DNA of 62,426 nucleotides from Burkholderiales bacterium (GTDB lineage Bacteria; Pseudomonadota; Gammaproteobacteria; Burkholderiales; SG8-39): NCBI GenBank assembly GCA_035652275.1, contig DASREB010000356.1, positions 1 to 62,426 of the forward strand, read 5' to 3'. Shown piece by piece: positions 30,682 to 38,061 of this stretch (position 1 is its first letter; each line of letters starts with the position of its first letter). The notes under the pieces were generated by a model. It saw only the letters and a program-made list of their open reading frames with translations, ran no database searches and was not told where the DNA came from. The position numbers and the translations under genes were made by a program.

Positions 30682-31731
30682 CTAAGCAGGAACCGAAATG
30701 ATGGCGACCCTGGCTCCGAATTCGGTAGTGGCTTCGAGGCGCGCGCGCTCGCCGTAAAGGTGCGCAAGCCGCGCGCGCACGCCGGCGATCTGCGCCGTAT
30801 CGCCGCCCGCGCCGGTAGAAACATCGCTGCGCAACGCGATCTCGAGCTCGCCGTTCTCGCGGCGCGCCGCGATGCGCAGCGCTGCCGCCTTGGCGCCGTC
30901 CAGCGCCCAGCGCGCGAGCGGCAGCACCAGCATCGCGGGAATCGGCTGCGTGCGCGCGGCGGGCTCCGCCTTGATGTCGAGCTCGAGCGCCGGCCCCGTG
31001 GTGAGCTCCAGCACGCCCGCATACGCGCGCACCAGATCCAACTCCGCGGCGACCGTAGAGTTGGCGCCGGTCTCGGCGGGCAGCGCGGCGCGCAGGAACG
31101 CGATCAGCGCCTCGAGTGCCTCCTCGCCTGCCTCGACACTGCGGCCGTACGCCTGGTCGACGGCGAGGAGCGCTGAAAAGAGAAAGTCGGGCTCGACGCG
31201 CGCCTGCATCGCGCGCAAATCTGCTTCCACCAAACCGCGCTCGGCGGCGAGCGCTGCCAGGCGGGTGGCATGCAGCCGTGTGGTCGCCCGGCGGCTCGCC
31301 TGCAGCATGGAATAGAGCGCGATCAGCAGAAGCGACCATCCGGCGGAGATGCTGAAGCGGAAGCCGATTCGGTGGAGCGGGCTGACGAACCCCGTGTCGT
31401 GCTTGTCGACGAGCGTCGCCACCACGGACCGTGGCAGCAGCGCGAGCAGGGTCTCTACCGAGGTCGTGGCGAGTACGGCCGTCGCCAGCATGGCGAGCAG
31501 CAAGCGCTTGCCGGTGCCGGCGGCTTCGCCAAGCCAGTTGTCCACCGCCACGGCGCAGGCGAGTCCGATGATGGCGAGCAGGAAGTAGAGCCCGCACCAG
31601 CTCGCCACCGCCCAGGCGCGAAGCTCTTCTTTGGCGATCAGCGCATTACTGAGGTGCGCGAGCTCGACCACCAGGCAGAAGACCAGTGCGATCCAAACAT
31701 GCCGCCATCCGAATCCGTTGAGGAGCTTCAT
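30682..31731 (-). CDS. Degenerate LytS/His_kinase-type paralog (pseudo-kinase; phospho-acceptor His replaced by Asp)
   Basis: Same layout as the upstream kinase (TM bundle plus the PF06580-like region). It reads VEPDFLFSALLAV where the paralog has VEPHFLFNTLSNV. The N-box is replaced by LPLARWALDGA and the G1 box is not recognisable. ATGA overlap with the upstream kinase. Confidence 0.65.
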   Translation of the reverse strand: MKLLNGFGWRHVWIALVFCLVVELAHLSNALIAKEELRAWAVASWCGLYFLLAIIGLACAVAVDNWLGEAAGTGKRLLLAMLATAVLATTSVETLLALLPRSVVATLVDKHDTGFVSPLHRIGFRFSISAGWSLLLIALYSMLQASRRATTRLHATRLAALAAERGLVEADLRAMQARVEPDFLFSALLAVDQAYGRSVEAGEEALEALIAFLRAALPAETGANSTVAAELDLVRAYAGVLELTTGPALELDIKAEPAARTQPIPAMLVLPLARWALDGAKAAALRIAARRENGELEIALRSDVSTGAGGDTAQIAGVRARLAHLYGERARLEATTEFGARVAIISVPA

Positions 31732-32783
31732 GCGAGCGGCAGTGTGATGATCGCGGCGACGCCGCGGGGCGCGTTCGCCTCCAGGCGCAGGTCCGCCCGC
31801 TCGCCATAGAGCGCCGCGAGCCGCGCGCGGATGTTGGCGAGGCCGACGCCCGTGCCTGAAGACGCCGCGGCGAGACCGCGGCCGGTGTCGGCGACGGTGA
31901 GCTTCAGCGCGCCATCGGCCTTCTGCGCGCTGATGCGGATGGCGCCGCCTTCGGCAAGCGGCGCAATGCCGTGCTTGATCGCGTTCTCGACCAGCGTGGC
32001 GAGCATCATCGGCGGCACGCGCGCCTCGAGCAGCGCCGGCGGTGCGTCGATCGAGGTCTCGAGACGCGCGCCCATGCGCACCTGCTGCACGCCGAGGTAG
32101 GCGCGCACCAGCTCGATCTCGTCGGCGAGTGTAGTCTCGTGCTCGCGCATGCGTGGCAGCGCCGCCCGCAGGTAGCGCGTGAGCTGCGCGAGCATCGTGC
32201 GGCCGGCGCCGGGGTCGGTCTGGGCGAGCCGCCGCACATTGGAGAGCGTGTTGAAGAGAAAATGCGGCTCGACCTGCGCCTGTAAGAGCCGCAGCCGTGT
32301 GGCGAGCTGCTGCGTCTCGAGCGCGCTGCGGCGCAGTTCCGCCGTGCGCGCTTCCTCGTCGGTCGACAGCGCACGCAGGTAGTACACATATCCGGCGACG
32401 AGGATGGCGGCCGAGCCGAGCCACGATGTAAAGATCATCAGCATGTAACGCGGACCTTCGCCGGCGGGGGTCGCGCCGACGGCGTAGCGCACGAATGCCG
32501 CAGCGGCCGCGGCCGCGACCGCGGCGACGATCGCCACGGCGATGTTCTCGCGTCCGGCGCGGCCGGCGGCATTGAGGACGATCAGCGCGGTCAGGAGCAT
32601 CGTCACGCCGGTAATGAGGAACACCGCCAGACGCCCGAGCCAGCCGTGCGCCATGTCCGCCGCGCCGGCGCCGACCACGCCGTTCGAGGGTGCGAGCACC
32701 CACTCGAACGCCTGTATTACGCAGAAGCCGCCCACCAGCGCGAGGGCTGCCCAAGAGAGGCCGTTCAGCAGTCGCAGGTTCAT
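31728..32783 (-). CDS. Sensor histidine kinase, LytS/YehU (His_kinase PF06580 + HATPase_c) type
   Basis: VEPHFLFNTLSNV (H-box), LVENAIKHGI (N-box), VADTGRGL and GTGVGLANIRARL (G boxes). Multi-TM N-terminus. Start overlaps the RR stop (TGATG). Confidence 0.8.
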   Translation of the reverse strand: MNLRLLNGLSWAALALVGGFCVIQAFEWVLAPSNGVVGAGAADMAHGWLGRLAVFLITGVTMLLTALIVLNAAGRAGRENIAVAIVAAVAAAAAAAFVRYAVGATPAGEGPRYMLMIFTSWLGSAAILVAGYVYYLRALSTDEEARTAELRRSALETQQLATRLRLLQAQVEPHFLFNTLSNVRRLAQTDPGAGRTMLAQLTRYLRAALPRMREHETTLADEIELVRAYLGVQQVRMGARLETSIDAPPALLEARVPPMMLATLVENAIKHGIAPLAEGGAIRISAQKADGALKLTVADTGRGLAAASSGTGVGLANIRARLAALYGERADLRLEANAPRGVAAIITLPLA

Positions 32784-33526
32784 CACATCTGCCGGAAAAG
32801 CGGGGTGTACGCATCGCTCACCGGCAAGAGCTCCTCGCGGCGCTTCAGCCGAACCTGGGTGCGCCCCCGCAGGTCGCGCACCACGCCGGCGATGGCGTGC
32901 ACATTGACGATGGTCGAGCGGTGGATCTGCCAGAACGACGCCGGATCGAGCTCCTGCGTCAGTTCTTTTATCGGTTTGCGGATCAGCGACTCGCCCTCGG
33001 CGGTCACCACGCGCGTGTACTTGGCGTCCGCCTGGAAATAGCACACGTCCTCAACGGTGATCACGCGCACCGTCTGTCCCTGCGACGCGTTGATCCAGCG
33101 CAGATACCCGCGCTGGCCGCCGCCCAGCTCGCGCAGCAAGCCTTCGAGCGCCGGTGCCGGGCGGCCGATGCGCTCTTTCAGCCTCGCCACGGTCGTGGCG
33201 AGCCGGGCCGTGGTGACCGGCTTGAGCAAATAGTCGGCCGCGCCCTGCTCGAAGGCGGTGAGCGTGTGCTGGTCGTAAGCGGTTACGAACACCACATGGC
33301 AGCGACCGCTTGCCTGGCGCGCCACCTCAAGGCCGTTCAGTCCAGGCATGTTGATGTCGAGAAACAGGATATCCGGTGCGTGCTTCTCCAGCGCCTGCAG
33401 CGTGGCGATGCCGTCAGCGGTCTGCGCGACGAGGGAAAGCTCGGGCCAGAGCGACGCCAGGAGCTCGGCGAGCTCCTCCCGCAAGAGCGGCTCGTCCTCG
33501 GCGATGATGGCACGGGCAGTAGGCAC
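32783..33526 (-). CDS. LytTR-family response regulator (LytR/AlgR type)
   Basis: Receiver domain (AIIAEDEPLLRE...DILFLDINMPGLNG). C-terminal LytTR-like region (VEDVCYFQADAKYTRVVTAEGESLIRKPIKEL...FWQIHRSTIVN). Confidence 0.85.
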   Translation of the reverse strand: MPTARAIIAEDEPLLREELAELLASLWPELSLVAQTADGIATLQALEKHAPDILFLDINMPGLNGLEVARQASGRCHVVFVTAYDQHTLTAFEQGAADYLLKPVTTARLATTVARLKERIGRPAPALEGLLRELGGGQRGYLRWINASQGQTVRVITVEDVCYFQADAKYTRVVTAEGESLIRKPIKELTQELDPASFWQIHRSTIVNVHAIAGVVRDLRGRTQVRLKRREELLPVSDAYTPLFRQM

Positions 33527-33547
33527 CGGACCGCAATGATCGCACCC

Positions 33548-33754
33548 TCAGAGGGCGTGCGACGCGGTCGGGCAATTGCTGGTGGCGATCGCAGGAGACT
33601 CGCGGGTGGCGCTCACCACGACATGCTCGAGCTCCTGGTTCGCGGCGATCGCGCGTTCCGCCCCATCCACCATGGCGATGTGCAGCGCGGCGATGGCGAC
33701 AGCATTGAGCGCAACGGCGAAAGCGAGCACGGCGAGGCGGTTGGCGGTTTTCAT
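33548..33754 (-). CDS. Small (68 aa) signal-anchored or secreted hypothetical protein heading the LytTR operon
   Basis: MKTANRLAVLAFAVALNAVAIAALHIA... is preceded by AGGAGA six nt upstream of the ATG (minus strand). Its stop lies 21 nt before the RR start. Confidence 0.4.
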   Translation of the reverse strand: MKTANRLAVLAFAVALNAVAIAALHIAMVDGAERAIAANQELEHVVVSATRESPAIATSNCPTASHAL

Positions 33755-33819
33755 TGGCGTTCTCCTGGCTGGCACACGCGCAGAGTAGGCAGGCAGCCTG
33801 GCCGCGACAACGCCGATGC

Positions 33820-33870
33820 GACGAAACCGCGCTTTTCTGGGACGAACCGGCGCTTCCCCGGACGAACCGG
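33820..33870 (-). promoter_or_regulatory. Three direct repeats resembling the AlgR/LytTR box, upstream of the LytTR operon
   Basis: The plus strand shows GACGAAACCG (33820-33829), GGACGAACCGG (33840-33850) and GGACGAACCGG (33860-33870), spaced 20-21 bp apart. Read on the minus strand these are CCGGTTCGTCC x2 and CGGTTTCGTC. They lie 66-116 nt upstream of ATG 33754. Confidence 0.45.
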
Positions 33871-34100
33871 TGAGCGCCGCTATTCCATTCCGCCAGGTCG
33901 CTGCATGCTCCATAGATGCGCAGCATGCAGGCAACGCTGGCGCCGCTCAAACGATAAATCAGCGCACTTTGCATGCGCGCCGAGCATGTCAGCGCTCGGC
34001 AGTTCCTCCGCGCTCGAGCTGCCGCCGAGCGTCCGGATGGCCGACATGGATGCAATGGCGCGCACGTTCGGCTGCAGCGAGCCGCTAGAATGAGAACGTC

Positions 34101-34307
34101 ATGAGCACCTACACCGCCGTCATCGAGCATTGCCCCGACACCAAGCTCTATGTGGGCTACGTACCAGGCTTCCCCGGCGCGCACAGCCAGGGCGCAACCC
34201 TCGACGAGCTGCACGCCAACCTTCGCGAGGTGATCGCGATGCTGTTGGAAGACGGCGAACCCAAACTGCAGACCGAATTCGTCGGCACGCAAACCGTCGT
34301 CGTCTGA
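34101..34307 (+). CDS. hicB: HicB-family antitoxin (UPF0150-type, toxin-binding domain only)
   Basis: 68 aa: YTAVIEHCPDTKLYVGYVPGFPGAHSQGATLDELHANLREVIAMLLED. No C-terminal RHH or HTH extension. Immediately followed by hicA. Confidence 0.75.
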   Translation: MSTYTAVIEHCPDTKLYVGYVPGFPGAHSQGATLDELHANLREVIAMLLEDGEPKLQTEFVGTQTVVV

Positions 34308-34532
34308 ATGGCCGGTGTTCCGGTCCTGAAGCCGCGCGAGGTGATCGCAATCTTGAGCGCGCTCGGCTTCGTTGAAGTCCGTCAGCGCGGCTCGCACAAG
34401 CAGTTCCGTCACGCCGACGGCCGCGCAACCACCGTTCCCTTCCACGCCGGGCGCGACATCTCCCCGATCCTGCTGCGCCAGATCGCGAAGGATGTCGGCC
34501 TTACCGTCGAGGAATTGCTCAAGCGCCGCTGA
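34308..34532 (+). CDS. hicA: HicA-family mRNA interferase toxin
   Basis: 74 aa: LKPREVIAILSALGFVEVRQRGSHKQFRH...TVPFHAGRDISPILLRQIAKDVGL, which is the typical YcfA/HicA fold signature. Its ATG directly follows the hicB stop. Confidence 0.8.
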   Translation: MAGVPVLKPREVIAILSALGFVEVRQRGSHKQFRHADGRATTVPFHAGRDISPILLRQIAKDVGLTVEELLKRR

Positions 34533-35177
34533 GCGCGTGCATCCGCTCCACGTGCGCTTGCGGTGCGTCTTGCCAACCCGGATGCAACGCATCGAATAGG
34601 CACATGGCCGGACAGCGGTGCCTGGCCGTTGTACGCGGTGGACCGTTGCGTTTACGCACCAATCGACAGAGAAAGTCATTTGGCCCGCGGAACGGATTTG
34701 ACAAGTGCGGGACTTTCGAAAAACACTCGCGCCCAGGGAGGAAATCGAAAAGTCGCGACGGCGCTGTTCGTTGCCGGAGAGTTGTTGCGTTAGCTCTCTT
34801 TCCTCAGAAAAAGGTACTGCGCCTAAGCGCGCACGAGCCGGAAATGATGTGCCGCGAACCATCAGATGCCAAGACGCCGTGGAAAGGAACACAGATTCCG
34901 GGCGGCCCAGCCTATCGAGCGCTGACTTGCATGGAGGGTTGCCTTGGCGTCCCTGACATACTGATTAGCGGCGGCGGTGAATGCACCCCGGACGGTCGTC
35001 ACCAGCCAGGCACGGTCAAAGGAAGTCGTCACTGCACGAATCAAGCATTCGACATTCCATGGTATTGGATTCGCACGATCGACCCGAAGAAGCTCCTGTG
35101 CTGCGCAAAAGATTGCGGAATCGGTTACGCCCAGGACGAAGGAACACATATCCACTTTCAGACCACGAAAGGAAAAA

Positions 35178-35750
35178 ATGGCCGCTCTGGGATCCTTCCA
35201 AAGGACCAGGACTGCATATGTAAGTCTTAGGTTCGTATTCATCGCCGTCTTGCTATCGATCTATGGCAGCGCTGGCGCCGCGAGTACTTCCAACGAGGGG
35301 CGCCCAAAGGACGCAAGCGGGGTGCTTCAACAACTTGAAGGTAGGATCGTCGCCCTTCGCGATCTGGATCGCGAAGTCGTGGAGCACTTGCGAATGACGG
35401 GAGGCGGCGAAACACCCGGATCTATCGTCGCTGACTTTGACGGTGATGGAATTGACGACGTGGCGGTTCTAACTAAAGAGCCAGATGGAACACAGCTAGC
35501 TTTGCGCGTCTTCCTCTGCGCTTCAGACTGCAGGCAAGTAAGCCGCGTAGATCTTGGTGAATTTGAAGGGCTTCAATACCTAACGCTCGTGCCCGCATCC
35601 GCCAAAGGCAAATCGGGGCAGTCGCTCGCCAAGTCTTCTCAAAAGGTCAGCAACGCCAGAATAAAGTACTGGGTCTTCGGCAGGAGCAACGTAGTGTACT
35701 CCTGGGATCGTAAGGCCAGAAGACTACGGAGCGTCACGACCGGCGACTAA
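35178..35750 (+). CDS. Hypothetical secreted or membrane-anchored protein with an FG-GAP/VCBS-like DxDxDG motif
   Basis: Start ATG 35178 follows AAAGGAAAAA. Hydrophobic segment LRFVFIAVLLSIYGSAGAA. Motif IVADFDGDGIDDVAVL. Lies in the lower-GC islet. Confidence 0.45.
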   Translation: MAALGSFQRTRTAYVSLRFVFIAVLLSIYGSAGAASTSNEGRPKDASGVLQQLEGRIVALRDLDREVVEHLRMTGGGETPGSIVADFDGDGIDDVAVLTKEPDGTQLALRVFLCASDCRQVSRVDLGEFEGLQYLTLVPASAKGKSGQSLAKSSQKVSNARIKYWVFGRSNVVYSWDRKARRLRSVTTGD

Positions 35751-35790
35751 GGAATGTATCTGCCGGTGATATTCCGGTCGGCGTGGTGCA

Positions 35791-36003
35791 ATGAGCGCGC
35801 TCGCTAGAAGCGGCCTCGGGTTCTTGGTTCTTTTCGCATGGATCGCCACGGCGTCCGGCGTGACGGTGAGCATGACCTCGCCGAGTAATGGGGCGCTGTA
35901 TCTCGCCCCGGCCACGCTGGCCGTGAAGGCGAACGCCTCGGCGTCCGGCGTGGGAGTCGCGCGGGGGAGTTCTACGCCAATGGAGCGCTTATTCAGACGG
36001 TGA
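35791..36003 (+). CDS. N-terminal fragment (signal peptide plus start of Ig-like repeat 1) of the Ig-repeat/RHS-core toxin, cut off by a frameshift
   Basis: MSALARSGLGFLVLFAWIATASG followed by VTVSMTSPSNGALYLAPATLAVKANASASGVGVAR. The repeat continues in the frame of 36000-37559 after the G5 run at 35963-35967. Confidence 0.55.
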   Translation: MSALARSGLGFLVLFAWIATASGVTVSMTSPSNGALYLAPATLAVKANASASGVGVARGSSTPMERLFRR

Positions 36004-36995
36004 GCACGTCGCCTTACCAATTCGACTGGAGCGGCGTGGCTGCAGGCAGCTACTCGATCAACGCCATCGCCTACGACAACAACGGCGCTCAGGCGACCTC
36101 ATCGTCGCGCACCATCACTGTGGCGGCAACCAATACCGCGCCAAGCGTGAGCCTTACTGCGCCGGCCGACGGCGCGAGGTACCTCAACCCCACGAGCATC
36201 ACCATCTCAGCTAGCGCTTCGGGGCCGGAGCTCAACGACATCATCCAGCGGGTCGATTTTTATCTAAACGGGACGTTGGCGAACACGATCACCCAGGCGC
36301 CCTTCAGCTATAGCGCCGCCGACCTCGGCCTAGGCACGTACACACTCACTGCCGTGGCGACCGACAGCCAGGGCGCGCAGACGACAAGCGCGGCAAGAAC
36401 CTTCATCGTGTCCGACACTAACGTGCCGCCCACCGTGTCGCTCGTCATCCCGCAGGACAACAGCCGCTGGAATGCGCCTGCGACGGTCACTTTCCAGGCC
36501 AATGCGAACTCGGGAGAGGCGAACGACACCGTCAGCGTTTCCTTTTATGCCAACGGCACGCTCATCGGCACGAGAAGCAGCGCGCCTTTCAGCCTCTCGA
36601 GCACGCTCGCGGCGAGCACCTACACCATTACCGCGGTAGCGATGGATGGCCAAGGCGCGACCACCACTTCGGCGGCGAGGACGGTCGTTGTCTCGGACAC
36701 GAATCTGCCACCGACGGTGAGCATCACTGCGCCTTCGGGCGGCGCGAATTACTCAACGGCGCCCGCGAGTTTCACACTAAGCGCGACGGCCAACGCAGGC
36801 GAAGTGAACGGCTGGGTTACCAAGGTTGAGTTCTATATCAATGGAAGCTTCGTGAACACCGACACAGCGGCGCCTTGGAGCTACAACGTCTCAGGGCTTG
36901 CCAATGGCAGCTATACGCTGACAGCGAAGGCCTTCGATCAGTTCGGCGCGGCAACGATCTCGGCCCCAGTCACAATCACCGTCGGTCCGCAACCC
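35857..36995 (+). repeat. Four tandem coding repeats of about 95 aa (285 nt), Ig-like domains
   Basis: Units start near 35857, 36141, 36429 and 36711. The shared pattern is P(S/T)VS(L/I)T.P....Y..P......A.A......V..V.FY.NG........APFSY....L..G.YTLTAVA.D.QGA.TTS.ART..VSDTN. Confidence 0.7.
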
Positions 36996-37559
36996 AAGCT
37001 TCATTTCGTCCACGTCGATCACCTCAACACCCCGCGCGCGATCTACGACGATCAGCAGCGCCTAGAGTGGAAGTGGGAGCAGCAGGAGCCGTTCGGCAAC
37101 AACGTGCCCGACGAGAATCCATCGGCGCTCGGCGCATTCGAGTTTCCCGTGCGCTTCCCCGGACAGTACGCAGATGTGGAAACAAATCTCACGTACAACT
37201 ATTTTCGCGATTACGACGCAATTCTCGGAAGTTACAAACAGAGCGATCCAGTCGGTCTTCGGGGAGGGGCTAATACCTACGGCTATGTGTCTGGGAGCCC
37301 GCTGCGGCGAACTGACCCCTACGGCCTCGCCGCAACCGAACTCACTGCTGGGTTGCTCTGGCCGGATAGGCCGACAGTTGATCAAGTGCAGAAGGCGATA
37401 AGAGAGGCGATCAAGAACGGCAGGATCTGTCTCAGTAGCAACGAAGATTGCAGCAAGCTGCACGAGAGAGTCTACAAGTTGTGCACAGGACTCTTTGCAA
37501 ATGTGGCCGCGGTTGTATGCAAGATCAACGCTGACGAGGTCGCCGGTTCGTGCAATTGA
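36000..37559 (+). CDS. Ig-like repeat protein ending in an RHS repeat-associated core (DPYGL) and a 76-aa unassigned C-terminal toxin-like domain
   Basis: The frame is open upstream to about 35967 (EFYANGALIQTV...). Tandem Ig-like repeats are followed by HFVHVDHLNTPRAIYD...FPGQYADVETNLTYNYFRDYDAILGSYKQSDPVGLRGGANTYGYVSGSPLRRTDPYGL (core, 36996-37328). The C-terminal domain spans 37329-37556. Confidence 0.75.
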   Translation: MSTSPYQFDWSGVAAGSYSINAIAYDNNGAQATSSSRTITVAATNTAPSVSLTAPADGARYLNPTSITISASASGPELNDIIQRVDFYLNGTLANTITQAPFSYSAADLGLGTYTLTAVATDSQGAQTTSAARTFIVSDTNVPPTVSLVIPQDNSRWNAPATVTFQANANSGEANDTVSVSFYANGTLIGTRSSAPFSLSSTLAASTYTITAVAMDGQGATTTSAARTVVVSDTNLPPTVSITAPSGGANYSTAPASFTLSATANAGEVNGWVTKVEFYINGSFVNTDTAAPWSYNVSGLANGSYTLTAKAFDQFGAATISAPVTITVGPQPKLHFVHVDHLNTPRAIYDDQQRLEWKWEQQEPFGNNVPDENPSALGAFEFPVRFPGQYADVETNLTYNYFRDYDAILGSYKQSDPVGLRGGANTYGYVSGSPLRRTDPYGLAATELTAGLLWPDRPTVDQVQKAIREAIKNGRICLSSNEDCSKLHERVYKLCTGLFANVAAVVCKINADEVAGSCN

Positions 37560-37641
37560 ATCCCGATCTCTACAAGTGCCCGAAAGGCGCCGTTGCCTAC
37601 ATTTTGCCGCCGGTTCCCCGCAACGACATGGAAGCCTACTC

Positions 37642-38061
37642 ATGCAGCGAAAATTTTGGATCGCGGTAGCCGTAGGCTCTCTGCTAGTCGGAGTACTCGG
37701 GGGTTGGTTGTCTGCTACATATAGAGCCGAGGCCCAGAACGAACGGTATACACTGGACGCACTATCTCACGCGCGTTACGCGCAGGCCAAAGAGCGCGCA
37801 ACCCTCATTAGGCTCCTCGAAGGCAAGGACATAGGGAAGGCAGAAGATCTCCTCTACATCCTCCTCGGTAGCAATTTAAAAGATTACGCCCGTAGCGTCG
37901 ACAGCAAAGAAAGAGCGAAGTCGTGCGAGTTGTCGGAGATCTTGGGACCTAGCTTTGTAGGGGCGACCTCAGGGGCGAGGCCTGTGGAACCGGAATCACG
38001 CAGGATTCTTCTTGAGGCTATTCGCCTGGCCACGACGGATTGCGGTTCGAAGGTGAAGTAA
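37642..38061 (+). CDS. Putative cognate immunity protein (139 aa, N-terminal TM helix)
   Basis: Lies immediately downstream (82 nt) of the toxin C-terminal domain on the same strand, in the same lower-GC islet. Has a TM helix FWIAVAVGSLLVGVLGGWLSA. I recognise no family. Confidence 0.4.
   Translation: MQRKFWIAVAVGSLLVGVLGGWLSATYRAEAQNERYTLDALSHARYAQAKERATLIRLLEGKDIGKAEDLLYILLGSNLKDYARSVDSKERAKSCELSEILGPSFVGATSGARPVEPESRRILLEAIRLATTDCGSKVK

Noticed and set aside
34086-34091. TAGAAT hexamers close to start codons, as candidate -10 boxes (34086-34091 before hicB, 58166-58171 before the 58179 gene, 21604-21609 before glyA).
   Set aside because: I could not pair any of them with a convincing -35 element. 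The spacing to the start codons would imply near-leaderless mRNAs, so they are left as a remark only.
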